A stretch of 64,000 bases of DNA from Glycera tridactyla (Eukaryota): contig OZ286470.1 of assembly GCA_965644265.1 (NCBI GenBank), positions 62,434,001 to 62,498,000 of the forward strand. The letters run 5' to 3'. The first letter of the stretch is position 1, and each line of letters opens with the position of its first letter. The notes beneath the pieces were generated by a model. It was not told where the DNA came from and did not search any database. It saw only the letters and a program-made list of their open reading frames with translations. This document shows positions 28,546 through 40,611 of this stretch, in pieces. The position numbers were made by a program, and so were the translations under genes.

Positions 28546-28927
28546 CATCACATTCTGCATAGTAGAACCAGGGCTGGAGAACAAACCTTTCAAAATAAAG
28601 CCGCAATTGTGTGGAATTCCATCCCGGTAGACATCTGTGAAGCCAAAACTCTCTAGGCATTTTTGTCTCTTCGATACAGTCTTAATTGAATAGACCATGT
28701 AAAGCTATGAATGTAGGGTATGAATGATGGTGATATTAAATGTGTATCCTCTGCTGGGTCCGATGGGTACCTGGCTATTGTTGTATGAATTCATATTATT
28801 TGCTGGGTATTGATTTCTGACACTGTGGTAAACTGAATGCATTCTTGGTAATGTTTTTATTCCCTAATAAAAGAATACTTACTTACTTACTTTCTTACTT
28901 ACTTACTTACTCACTTACTTACTTACT
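28546..28927 (+). mobile_element. 3' end of a CR1/L2-type LINE (5'-truncated, degenerate)
   Basis: Frame from 28546 reads HHILHSRTRAGEQTFQNKAAIVWNSIPVDICEAKTL*AFLSL, the typical ORF2 C-terminal RT..G..F....A..WNSLP motif. It is followed by a 3' UTR, AATAAA at 28866 and a (TACT)n tail at 28876-28927. Confidence 0.75.
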
Positions 28928-31900
28928 GAATTGAGCCATGCAAGCTGCTGTGCAAAATACCTTGACAATGACAACAACTTTCTTCAGACAGATGGAATAC
29001 ACTATTGGTGTACTTACATCTGACACAAATATGTCACTATGTTGAGCCACTTTGATGACACAGCTGCTGATTTTGTGACAGTTGCTGACAGAAATGCATC
29101 TGTCAATAACTCCCCTTTAAAATATCTTCATGGGAAGATGTACTTTTTAGATTCATGATGACTTGATGCATATCTTTAGATCAGATTTCTAAGCATTTGT
29201 GCATATGGTAAATATATTATGTACTCGCAAGCAATTATGTTACTCAAAAGCACACAGAGACATAAATGATGGTACACTTCCTCTCCACTTCTTGTTCCAT
29301 ACAATCGCAACAAATGTCTCGATTCTTTTCTACACCAGCTGCATCCAGAGAAACTTCCAGTAGCACACTCATGTCTAAACTTACAGCACACATGAGTTTA
29401 TCTGTGATTTGATTGACTTCCCACCTGACTCAAATCTAATCTTTCCAACTCTGAACAGGAACTACAGATAGTTCACAACTAAAAAGAGAGCCAAATTGCA
29501 CAGAAACATTATTCACCACGAACCTTATTCAAGCGTGGTCAGGAGAGATCAGATTCAATAATCAATACATGTAAATGATTTTTATGACTAAATGTATCAA
29601 ACATATTTTCTTCACTAAATCATTTAGGTGCTTTTTCAAATGGCTTGATGTTCAGCGGACACATGCTCCTGAAACTTGGCAAAATGTTTCACTTGACTGA
29701 ATTGCACTTGTTTTGTGGACATGTAAATTAGAGATGATAGTTTTCTTTCCTGGACAAAGATAGGTGCTCCTTTTTCACATTTGTGGTGCAGCTTTTACTC
29801 TTTGTCGCTCAATATTTTCATCCTTACTGTCATTCAATCTACTGAATGCTCGCCCTTGTATGAAATGTTTAGGAATGACTGAAATACAACAAAGTGAGAT
29901 TATATACCACCCCACCACTGGTCTCTTCATCATGCATGCAGTTCAATCAACAGAATGTCCTATTTGGATTTCAAAGACAGTACGAAGTGAGCAATTTGAA
30001 AGAACTCAAACTGAGAATGGTTGTTGTTTCAATGTGGAAATTATAAAGAGACATCATCACCACCACAATCTTCATGGCAATAATCATTTTCAACGTTTTC
30101 TCTTCTTCAATCATCATTATCATCATCACTTGAACTAATCCCATCTCTTCAATGATTCTGGCATATTGGACATACATGCATAGGTTGCCTTCATGTCTCT
30201 CAAATGAGTCATGAAGATGATGCTCTCTGTGCTCCTATCTTTGCTCGTATTGACCACATTCAAATAAGTTTCATGTTCCTATCTTCCATGATCATACATT
30301 AAACACTAAGCATGCTCATATCTTAATCCATACAATCCATAAATTATAATCTTTCCTGCTGAGAATAGTTTATTCCTGATTATACTCCACTGAGGACTGG
30401 CATGTCTTGAGAAAAGAAGTCTTCATCTCTAGTGTAGTCCATATATTCAAAATGGTTGTTCCAATGAATAATTCAGTTTTCTCACAATAAACAGATTTTG
30501 ATTCAAGAAAGAATAGTAACTTTTTTTGCCAGCAATGTATCATGCATTATTATATAATATGTGGCTAGTTTGCAAATATCATGACTGGGAAAAAGGGGGG
30601 GGGGCCTCGCCCCACAAATGTACCCACAAACATGTCATCTCAGCCGCTGTATTGTTGAAACGTCACTCGGAGTAGCAACCCAGGACTGACCCTGACTTGA
30701 CCTTACAACAACCTTACACCGTGGCACACAATGTATGACATGCTTCAACACACAATATGATGATAACACAATTTGCTTGCATTTGTGATGCTGCGATATG
30801 CGTCTAACGCCAGATGACATGACATGACGTACATGTGCCCCCCTTCCATATCCCTAACAACTCATGCATGTTCACAGTCCCCACTAGACTTCTGCAGCAT
30901 GAAGTGATGATATTGATTGAAACATAGCTCTACTAATCATCATAGAGACTACTTTCATGGTCAAAGTTAAGGGTGGCCTACATAGACGTGTGTAGCCTTT
31001 GTACAGAGGTGGTCGCTTGAGCAGGTTCATTTTTATTCTGATATGAATGAATAATGATAGCTAACCGATCAATCAATTGGATGACTGATATGAGATTGAT
31101 TGTATGAAGACCTAATTGAAACATTCGAATTATATGAGCAAATGTCAATGCATTGAACTCACTCAGTTGTGGTGAGCCCTGGAACTCTCTCTCTCTCCAA
31201 TTACAAACAGTATCTGCATACAATTTCGAGGATCTGATCATTTCAGAATTAATCCATCACCCAGTAACCTCAACAATTGATTGCTACATGCCTCCAAGCC
31301 ATACTTGGCAAACTGCTGTCAATAAATATTAAATTGAGTCACTCATCTTGTCAATTTGATTGATCAAAATATGGCGATTCCACATGAGAATCCAACTTCA
31401 GACATCATATACCTGAAAGGTTTCAGATCTCGGTGACACCTATTTCCCCTCGGGGCCAATGTCCCTCGCTTGGCTGGTGAAATACATGATGGTTTAATAC
31501 TCCACTTTAACATCAAATGATATGATGAGCACACTGGATGGACAATACACTTTTGAATGATGTTTCAAACTTGTCGTTGTGTATGTCAATCAATCAAACC
31601 AAAATGGACACCTGCCTGCCAGCCTACATACCTGTCTACCTATTCGATTGCTTACTTATTTGCATATACTGATCAATTTTATATTAACTGAATCACTAAG
31701 CGTAAGACTCAGACTCAGTCTCATTCATGTGTAGTAGGATGGAGAATAAACACTGCTCAGATGTGAGCCTTCCAAAATCTCTCTACATTTGTATGACAAT
31801 ACAACACATGATTGAAGTTCATATCCAACATTCATGTCATGTCATAACTGAAATAAAACCATCCTGTGCCTATACCGATCGATTAAAGCTAACTTCAGAA

Positions 31901-34900
31901 AACATTTGCAATCTTCATACCCAACAGAAACATACGCTGCTGATCACAAGAACGACAGATATCTTGAAAACACTGAAATGAAATTCATTGACATAATTAT
32001 TCACACCCCATATCAACATAAACAAAATGCAAGAGCTTTCAGCAAAATGTGATTTTGAGTACACATACATGTGCTCATGTGGAGTGTACATGATCTACAT
32101 ACTTGAAAGTGAAAACAAGGAGCAGTCATGCATGCACGCTTCATCTACAGAAAATCCACATTCATCATATAATCAGGGCTACTATATCATGTTGAACAGT
32201 GGAACTTCCAGCATCTAAATGCCATCTATGCACATTAGATGACTGTGCCAGGTATAGTTTTTCATCAATATTTTGCTTTATTTGGGCCCAGAAAATCATC
32301 ATTTATTCTATAAGTTGAACACCACATGAACACAGAAAATTCCAGCATCTAAATGGCATACTCGAACATTACCTGCCAAGGGGTCTGACTTGAGCCGAAG
32401 ACAGGAGCCCCGCTGGGGAGTCAAAGGGTGGCTACCATTTAGCAAGGTATTGTCAGGTGAGAGGGTTTTATTAAAGGGTACTTGACAGTCTCGGCAGGTA
32501 GCCGGGTCAGCAAGGTACGGGCATATTGTTTCCGTGAGTAAATGCCCGGTGAAAGCGAACGTTTTGTATCAAGCATGAACACCCTACAATTTGGCATGTG
32601 ACCTGTGTTGCTCTCAAGCACCGCTTGTTCAGCACAATAAGAAGTGTTTTTGTTATGTGAAAATATCTGAATTGGAGAATTTTTGACATTAATGCAAACA
32701 TACACTGAGATAATAGTTTGTCTGTTTTTCTGAAGTGTCATTATTTTCCAAAATACACCATGTTATCTCTGGCTAACTTCTGTACCTTCAATTTTTGCAG
32801 TCAAAGTATCAAGTTCATGTTCAAACAAACAGCCAGTGGCATGTTTGGGAATGAGAGAGGCATCCAATAATGTCAAAACAAACATGAGGGTCATATGATA
32901 TTCAATGCTATATCACCTGAGGTGTTTTCAGGGACAGGAATTTCACGGAGTTGGAAATTGATATCATTCTCATATGGTAAGGAGACATAGCGAGCAAAAA
33001 ACATGGGTTATGAATCTACCTCTTTGCCAACTTTCAGAAAAGATTTGAAAAGTTGGTAAGGCTCACATGTGGCCATATAAGATAAGTCCAATGCAATTCA
33101 CCCATCTGTGAATTCAACAAATATATCTGACAAGATATCACAGATTAGGGCACATAGAAATGCATCAATGTGCCCGAAAAATCCATACATCTTCCCTTGT
33201 TGGAAATCGTTCTAGTGTATGAGATCTGAGGAGGGTTCTAGGATGAATATTGAGAACAGGTGACAGCTGGGGTGTCCTCAGCCAGGCTCTTTTCCTAAGC
33301 AAAAACAGCATGGGTAAATATTTACAATAAAACCCATGTGAACGCTCACCACCACTTTCTCCTACTTCTAACCTGGTCTGGCAAAAACCATGAATCTGAT
33401 GCATATGATGACATCTGTCATATGGATGTACACCGATCAACTGGCTACTAAAAACCTTGCAGGAGGTATTTATACTCTACATCAGAAAAATAAAGTATAG
33501 CTTATGATGAGCAACCACCTTGATTTCAAAGAATGGGATCCCTTATGACAGGTGCTCCCTCGTTGCGAATATTTGCGAAGGATAGATGGAGAAGTGCTCT
33601 AGATGAAATTGCTCTTTGTTGCTCAAAAAAGCAGATTTATTGTTGAGTATATAATTTTGATAATCTGCTTGCCTGATGGACATGCACAAAACCATTATCT
33701 AGACTACTATTATATACAGAAGGACAGGTGGGAATTATGGCAGGGCAGGAAAAGATCCCACTTCACCTGCCCAATGACCAGCCAAAAAGTAAACGAGAAC
33801 CTTGAAATAAGGAATGAACATAGGAATCATCTATCTCTGAGATCACAGTGAGAGCTGGGGATATGTTGGTGGCTATGTAGGGATACATTTGATTGGGCCA
33901 TCATTGTACAACAGGGTGACCTAACAATATGCAAGTATTTGTACCTCAAGTATGAGCTAACCTTGCCGACATCATTCAAAGTCAGCCTGATCCTTTCTAT
34001 GTTCCAATCCATTCAAATCCATATAATCCAGTCACAGCTTAGCTCATTCATTTAAACTCCAACACATATCCTGATCCTTCTCTACTCAGATCTATATTTA
34101 TACATTTCATCTGAGTCACAATTAAGGGATATATTCATTCATCTCCACACCACGAATGAGCCACATCTCAACAGTATACCAATATTTCAGATTTTCATGT
34201 ATCAAAATATCAAATATCTGTGAATTGACCTCAGAGTTGACATGCTATCAAAGTGAGGGCCAAACGCTTTCATGTCACAATCAATTGGAAATATTACAAT
34301 CAATATTGTTGTCAAAGATGGCCAAAACTTGTTCTCCATATGTTCCATCCACCAGCTCATTGAATCAATTTTTATGTTTAAATATTTGGATTGTGACCTG
34401 ATTAAACAAACTTGACCCTTCGAAGCCAACCACTAAATAACCTCGACTGACCTCTATTGGATTCAGTACAAGACAAGAATAGTTCAGATAGGTTACCAAT
34501 AAATAGCCACAGTGAAACCTGCTCAAGAGACACCACCTCTATACAAATTTGTGAAATTCACTGACAATCAATGTTTCATTTCTGATATCGGAAGCTGGTC
34601 ATTGTGTACAGGCTTGACAGAATTTCATATCTATATAGGATATGGTAAAAATCTGCCACCCTATCTCTCAAATATTAGTCTTTCCAGAAAACTTGGTATG
34701 AAAGCCATTTAAGCATGAGAAATATGAGTTAAAGAGATCAGAGATTTCAAAAGACATCTCATGTTATTGCGATCTCAAAAGTCAGAGAAGAAGCGTCCGT
34801 ATCAAGAAATCTATCCACCTGTAAACACCTAGGTGCTGACTGGCGTGTGGGAGAGGTGGGCTTATTTGAAACATGAGATGGCACTGACAGCCTCAGAATT

Positions 34901-35322
34901 TGCTCATAAAGCAATGACTGATACGATCTGCTATATACGCAGACATACTGGTGACAGTCTTCCTTACAGTCCCTTATAGTCCTGTCATGCCCGTAGGCTC
35001 TGAACATCCACCCATTCAGCATAGTCAATGACAATTTAACCACTTCTACATTCACAGTCAGCCAAATTGAAGAAAAAAACTGTATATATGTGTGGGTGGC
35101 GGGGTGAAAGTGTATTTAGAAAGATGAGTCGGGTACTGTCAATCCAGACTGAGTTGTCATCATGTGTGTTGCATCCCATAGATTTGCTTGAGGAATCAAC
35201 AGCCTTCGGACTTCACTCAGATATACAGTGAAGTTTATTTGCAGCGCCATCCATCGCGCCATTGGCGTCTTACATAATGATATGGGCGCACTAACAAATA
35301 GCTCCATGGGCCCTCTTGGGCG

Positions 35323-35420
35323 CGGCAGTAATTTCGTTAATAAACTAACAGTGACTATACTCAAAGACAACGGCAGTAATTTCGTTAATAAACTAACAGT
35401 GACTATACTCAAAGACAACG
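35323..35420. repeat. Perfect 48-bp tandem duplication
   Basis: cggcagtaatttcgttaataaactaacagtgactatactcaaagacaa x2. Confidence 0.95.
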
Positions 35421-35639
35421 TTTGTTGGGAGGGTCATTCTACAGGGTCAAAGAAAGTATTCCCTATTAATGACCCCCTACCAGCTGATGACTGGGATAAT
35501 ACCACAACATCAACAGATAGTTCCGGTTCACCCTTGCCTGATGAGGGGGGGGGGGGGGGGGGGGGGGGGTTGGTAATCCTGGGATGAGCAAATGGGGTCC
35601 ATGTGTGTGCTTGAGATGGCCTCCCAACTGGCCCTTGCA

Positions 35640-36010
35640 GGTAGATTTCAAAGGTTGACAGAATTATTTTGAAACCTACCTGCTCAGTGGACAGGTGGAA
35701 ATGATAAATTTAATGAACACATAATGGAGGCATCCTGAATTTTGAAGAGGCAGGTAGATCTGAAAATGTAACTGCTAACCAGGCAGGTGGATAATTTTGA
35801 TGCCATTCCTCTATGTGCGTATGTGTGTGTGCATGGTGGTTGGTAGTGGGTGTGTCATATTGTGAAAAAACAGTTGTTTTCACGAACCTGGAAATGGCTC
35901 ACAGAATTCCGAAAATGGCCCATTGAATCCTGAAAATGGCCCACTGATCTTCTGCTGAGCGGGCCACTGGCCTGCTCAATTTTTGGGCCAAAAACATCGC
36001 TGGATATACA
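35640..36010. mobile_element. hAT-like MITE fragments (gcaggtag and gaaaatggccc subterminal repeats)
   Basis: Repeated short motifs gcaggtaga/caggtgga and gaaaatggccca. Related tggcc-rich remnants ending in ccagccctg occur at about 19300-19530 and 46010-46078. Confidence 0.4.
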
Positions 36011-36024
36011 TGCAAAAACCATGA

Positions 36025-36177
36025 NNNNNNNNNNNNNNNNNNNNNNNNNNNNNNNNNNNNNNNNNNNNNNNNNNNNNNNNNNNNNNNNNNNNNNNNNNNN
36101 NNNNNNNNNNNNNNNNNNNNNNNNNNNNNNNNNNNNNNNNNNNNNNNNNNNNNNNNNNNNNNNNNNNNNNNNNNNNN
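36025..36177. other. Assembly gap (153 N)
   Basis: N-run. Confidence 0.99.
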
Positions 36178-36377
36178 TAATTAGGAAGAATTTACAATCT
36201 TCACAGTGAGGTTATTTGTTGAGCAGCTCTCAGAAAGCCGAATCATTTCATCAGCATGTCCCAATGGTTGTGAGGTGATCAGGAGACCAAAATGGACAAG
36301 ATTCCATACTGGACATTCACCATTACAGAGATCCCTATCATCTGCGCTACTCACTAAGCAGGCACTTGTGTGTGGAG

Positions 36378-36570
36378 GTGACTGAGAAGAACCTTTGTAC
36401 TCCACCACTTCACTTCACCCAGGTGTGAATGGGTACTTCGCTATAGGCAGTGATGGTAATTGTACAACCCTTAGCCCATGCAGTTAACTCTGCATTCGTG
36501 CTTGTATACTCCCCAGGAGATGAAAAAAGTTCAAGCTTGAACAGGTCTGCCAAGGATAAGACTCTAAACC
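36378..36570 (+). mobile_element. 5'-truncated SINE (conserved central domain of invertebrate tRNA-SINEs)
   Basis: cttcacccaggtgtgaatgggtac and gcttgtatactccccaggaga resemble central motifs I recall from CORE/Nin-type SINEs; not database-checked. Confidence 0.5.
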
Positions 36571-36639
36571 ACTACATTTTCATGCCCCCCCCCCCCCTTT
36601 CAGCCTGACCATAGCCTTTTATTTATTTTTTCATCCACC

Positions 36640-36698
36640 CCCTCCCCTCCCCTCCTGCATGTTTGGTGCCCCCCCTTTCGGAAATTTCTGGATCCGCC

Positions 36699-36702
<4 letters not shown>
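36640..36702 (-). mobile_element. Terminus of a non-autonomous DNA transposon (CAGTGGCGGATCCAG end)
   Basis: Minus strand cagtggcggatccagaaatttccgaaaggggggc, abutting a (CA)n tract. Confidence 0.55.

Positions 36703-36774
<72 letters not shown>
36703..36774. repeat. (CA)n microsatellite, about 36 units
   Basis: Direct reading. Confidence 0.97.
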
Positions 36775-36776
<2 letters not shown>

Positions 36777-37139
36777 GCCAGCCCAGGATTTGCATTTTGA
36801 CATGTGCCTGTATTGGCCCAGTGTACACAGTATGACCAGTGTTTGCAGAGTGCCGTATCAATATTTATGCCAGCTATTCAACTGTATGCAAAACACACAG
36901 CAGGAACATCCCCAACCAGGACAAATACTGCTCTCACCATAAACCTGGCAACTAATTATTTCCACTGTCATCCTGACAACAATCTCATCTCCAATCTACC
37001 AATCATATCATATATGATGACCTTGATCATTCCTTGCCAGCCGCTTCTATCATGTGCTAAATCTATCATTTGTTGAATTGGGAAATACGCATTGTTCAAA
37101 AAATAGTCTCTTTGGGAAGATGATCTCTCATCAGATATA

Positions 37140-37297
37140 CAGTGAAACCTACTCTGATAGAACACCATGAAACCAAGGAAATCTGGTCCTGAGAAAAGGG
37201 GTGGTCACTCATTGGAGGTTTATCTGACTATGTCAAATGGACGATGGGATCTTGAGAGATCGTCTCATAGGGCGGTCTCTCATAACAGGTTTTATAG
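37140..37297. mobile_element. MITE, subfamily D (ggtctct core)
   Basis: TA|cagtgaaacctactctg ... ggcggtctctcataacaggttttatag|TA. Confidence 0.7.
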
Positions 37298-37727
37298 TAT
37301 ATGTTTATGGCCTTTAGAAAATGGTGGATACATTGGAGCAGTAAGCTATCTCAAAATAGTTAAGCATAGAGTGATTATTTCCTCCTGAATCATTGACCTA
37401 TCAATGAATGTAAAATCAATATCACCTTCCCTACAGTACATACCCTCTCCACTAAGGTCACCTGCCTGTATGGACCACTTGTTGAAGTGACCAAGTGTAG
37501 TCTTTCTAGATAGGTTTGACTACATTCAATCATAATCCAGTCTACCCCCCCCCCCCTCCCCCACATATACACATCTGTTCCCTGCCAGGGCTAATCCTGG
37601 CTAACCCATGCTGGCTCCAGGATCAGATAACCACAACAGACGGTTATGTTATTTCAATGGATAATCCATCAGGTAAGTGCTAGGATTATAAACAAGGATA
37701 ACCACCATGCAGGGAAATACTATCCAA

Positions 37728-37892
37728 ATAGTCAAAACTGCTCAAGAGACCATTCTAATAGGAAGGCCACCTGCCCAGAAAGACCACTCTGATTGGTGAC
37801 AACCAGAGTTATCTCTAGGGTAAACAACCACTCAGTGAAGGCCACCTGTCTACAAACAGACTGAGAGTGGTCTTTCTAGACAGGTTCAACTG
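37728..37892. mobile_element. Diverged MITE about 70 bp into the intron after the ABTB2/3 donor
   Basis: agtcaaaactgctcaagagacc ... ggtctttctagacaggttcaactg with internal aggccacctg repeats. Confidence 0.65.
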
Positions 37893-37960
37893 TGCCAATG
37901 ATGAAAGACTCTTTTGATAGACCACTTTTTGCTGAAAATAATCAAGAAGTCTCCTATTCA

Positions 37961-37966
37961 ACTCAC
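37961..37966 (-). other. 5' splice donor (AAAG|GTGAGT) ending the ABTB2/3-like exon
   Basis: Plus strand actcac|cttt at 37961-37970 is consensus GTGAGT on the minus strand, at the point where protein similarity stops. Confidence 0.85.
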
Positions 37967-38876
37967 CTTTCTCTTGTTTTCCAAGTGCTATGAGGACAAT
38001 TTCTTCGAGTAAGTTCTCTATACATGCTGTGAAATAGATGGCACCAAATTCATTTATCCTAAGAGCAATTCCCGCATCAATCATCCATCGCTGAAATTTA
38101 CCAACTGAAAATCGTAATCCACACCGGGCACTTTTCGATTCTTTGAATGAGTCACTGCTCATGGCGTAAAGTGCAGTAGCCTTGTGACAGGCCAGTAAAC
38201 AACTTTCAGCTAATTCCCGACTCAAAACAATCTTCATTGCAGAATGGATTTCATCACGTCCACACCGACAAAATGTCTGACTCAACCGCATTGCCTCATT
38301 GGCAATTCGCACAAGAGGTCGTTGCAAGATGTAACATAATCGTTGCATAATCTCCACGGTGACCTGTCCACTATATTCTTTGGGTCTGCCTTCCCTTAGT
38401 ACACTCAGAACTTCCTGTTCTGCCCACGGGATCCTTTCAACTTCAATAAGCTTAGCATACTTGTCAAGAAATGAGTAATTTAATTCCACTGTGAGACTTG
38501 TATCAACAGTTTCAAGACTGTTACGTCTTCGGCTTACGCTGGCTTCTATGTCAGTATAGTCATTGAGGTAACCACTGTTTTTACTAGTGGGAGAATGTTC
38601 GGAGGAATGCGAGTCTGATGTCATGCTATAACTCTGACTGCTTCGACTCTCTTTACCCAGACTGTCCTTACTGTAATTCAAACCACCTCGGTTCAAGTTC
38701 AGGCTACTGTCTTTACTTCCACTATTACCATCTCGAGGGGTGGTTGCAGTTGAGCAACTCCCATCTCTCAAAGTTGCTGGGTTATAATTACTCTCTCTGG
38801 GAGTCAGCAGTTTGACATCTTTTTCATCGAGTGAGACGTCCCCCATGGGGACGTGTAATTCATCAGCCCCTGCCAT
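37967..38876 (-). CDS. ABTB2: First coding exon (303 codons + 1 nt) of an ankyrin-repeat/BTB-POZ protein of the ABTB2/ABTB3(BTBD11) family; contains the N-terminal tandem histone-fold region
   Basis: Translation has RRNSLETV, IPWAEQEVLSVLR, LQRPLVRIANEAMRLS, EIHSAMKIVLSRELAESC, KATALYAMS and KSARCGLRFSVGKFQRWMID..RINEFGAIYFTACIENLLEEI. These match vertebrate ABTB2/BTBD11 as I recall them (e.g. [41 protein letters not shown]). The ORF track starts at GTG 38900; the first in-frame ATG is 38876 (gcaATGg, good Kozak), with an in-frame TAA a few codons upstream. Similarity ends at GAGAAAG|GTGAGT (phase 1). ABTB2 vs ABTB3 orthology cannot be resolved. Confidence 0.9.
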
Positions 38877-39099
38877 TGCTTCTTCAAATGGCGCTCTCAC
38901 ATCTTGTTAAAGTTTGATCCACTCGCTAAATATATCCTCATCATTATATCATAGGTGTATAAACTCCAAACATAGTGAACAAGATGATGATACACAATCC
39001 TAATAACACCTCAAAATAATCCAATCATTAAATTACAAGAAAGTAGTGTCACTTTCCATCTTGTCCATTATAAATCCTCATATGGCATTGATGAAGTTG

Positions 39100-39450
39100 T
39101 GTAAATACATAAGCGATGGTCACAGCTGCCCGAGCACACACTTAAGCCGGCAAGTTACAGGTGACTGACCGACTGGATGGACGGCCTCCTTGCCTCTGAT
39201 ACAGCTGATTGCCTCCCTGGTTACTCCCGAAGGCACAATGCAGGGATGCGGTGAGAGAGCACTCCACGCTGTACTGTAGTCGCTGGCAACCAAAGCGGGT
39301 CTGAAGTGAGCGCAGTGCTCTGCCTCCCACCTATAGAGGTGGTGGCGGTAGTAGGTGAGGAGTTGCTGCGTGTGTCACGCAATCCCCCCCCCTTCCCCTC
39401 TCTCTCTCTCTCTTTCCATGTCATAATACCAGTCATGTACTCACATGTGA
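39100..39450 (-). promoter_or_regulatory. Putative promoter / 5' leader start of the ABTB2/3-like gene
   Basis: Locally GC- and CpG-enriched against the AT-rich background, 220-570 bp upstream of the ATG. Includes a (GA)n/G-run tract at about 39384-39417 and an Inr-like TCACTTC (minus, 39303-39309). No transcript evidence. Confidence 0.4.
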
Positions 39451-40611
39451 TGATGCTAAGAACCTGAAACACATTTCAGTCTGAGTGAAACTAACAGATG
39501 TGCAAATTACATCCTGAGATTTCAACATATTCCAAATTCTGGATTGAACCTCATCCCCACGATTCTCCTCTTTTTGTTTCTAATCAAAGCAAAGCAGTGA
39601 CTGACAAAAAGGGAGGAGTTTGTCTTGATCCCTTTGTATGTGGCATAACCTTGAAGGCTGAAGATATATCAACTATCACAGAATAGCCATAACTACATCA
39701 CCATTGAGAATGTATCCTTTCAAAACCAATCTAACCATTCTCTATCCACCAGTCAATTTTCAAATGAGTTCTATGTTACTTGGTAGCCCCCTGAATCAGG
39801 AGAAACTTATTGGAAATCTCAAACATAGCATCAGCAGAATTGATGAAAACCAGATGAGTGGATGACATTTCCTATAATGGAACGACATTTTTCTACTTTA
39901 GCTTGGTAGCCCAGAATAATCTGGACCACTGACACAATCTGCAAACCATTTGATCAGATTTAGTTTGTAGCCTAAGGAAGGTCTGATCAAGGGCTGAAAG
40001 ATCTTGCCTTTGATTGATCTGACATTCTCATATATTCACTGTGATTTATGATCAAAATCAACATTGGTGCAGTTAGCTTGAGATTTCATTTCATTCTCAT
40101 TAAAATTTCCTATAAAAAGTGGAAACTAAAATTCTTCAAAATTTGGACCCCCAAACTAGTATTACAGTAATAGTGCCCTAGATACTCACCAACATTTCCC
40201 TGACAAAATAAAGGATTTGCTGTCTTATTGAGTACACTGAACTGTCCAGGTACAATGTGGTACCACCTCTCACATATCATATCAAAGGACGCATCCAGAA
40301 CAAAAAAGCCAAGGCACATGCTGGAGAAACTGCTCAATTGGCTTCCCCAAACAACTGCATTTGTACTCATGAAAATATAAGTTGCATGAAGCTACCCTGT
40401 GTCAGAATTGACACACTCTCTCATTGGACACACATTTGCTCCATTTCCATGATGGATACAATTGTTCTGACAAATTAGATCATATACACGCACAACATCA
40501 TTTCATATTGATGAAACATCCATGACAGTGTTCACACATTGGCAATTTTGCAAAGAATGGATTGGACGATGATGGCATAAGAAATATGCAAGCAGATTCT
40601 AAAAAACGCAA

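Noticed and set aside
32471-32830. TTAAAGGG start of a possible Kolobok/piggyBac-like non-autonomous element (similar start at 21335)
   Set aside because: No matching CCTTTAA end or second TTAA found, so boundaries are unsupported.
35544-35569. Long poly-G run (also about 45427, 54499, 56660, 57165, and a C-run at 59060) as possible G-quadruplexes
   Set aside because: Homopolymer lengths are unreliable in short-read assemblies; no independent support.
37815-37966. C-terminal ~50 aa of the 361-aa ORF (ELNRRLLDYF...SGCLP)
   Set aside because: Lies after the consensus donor and runs into a MITE; intronic read-through, not protein.
38877-38900. GTG start used by the ORF track
   Set aside because: Eukaryotic gene; the first in-frame ATG at 38876 has a good Kozak context.
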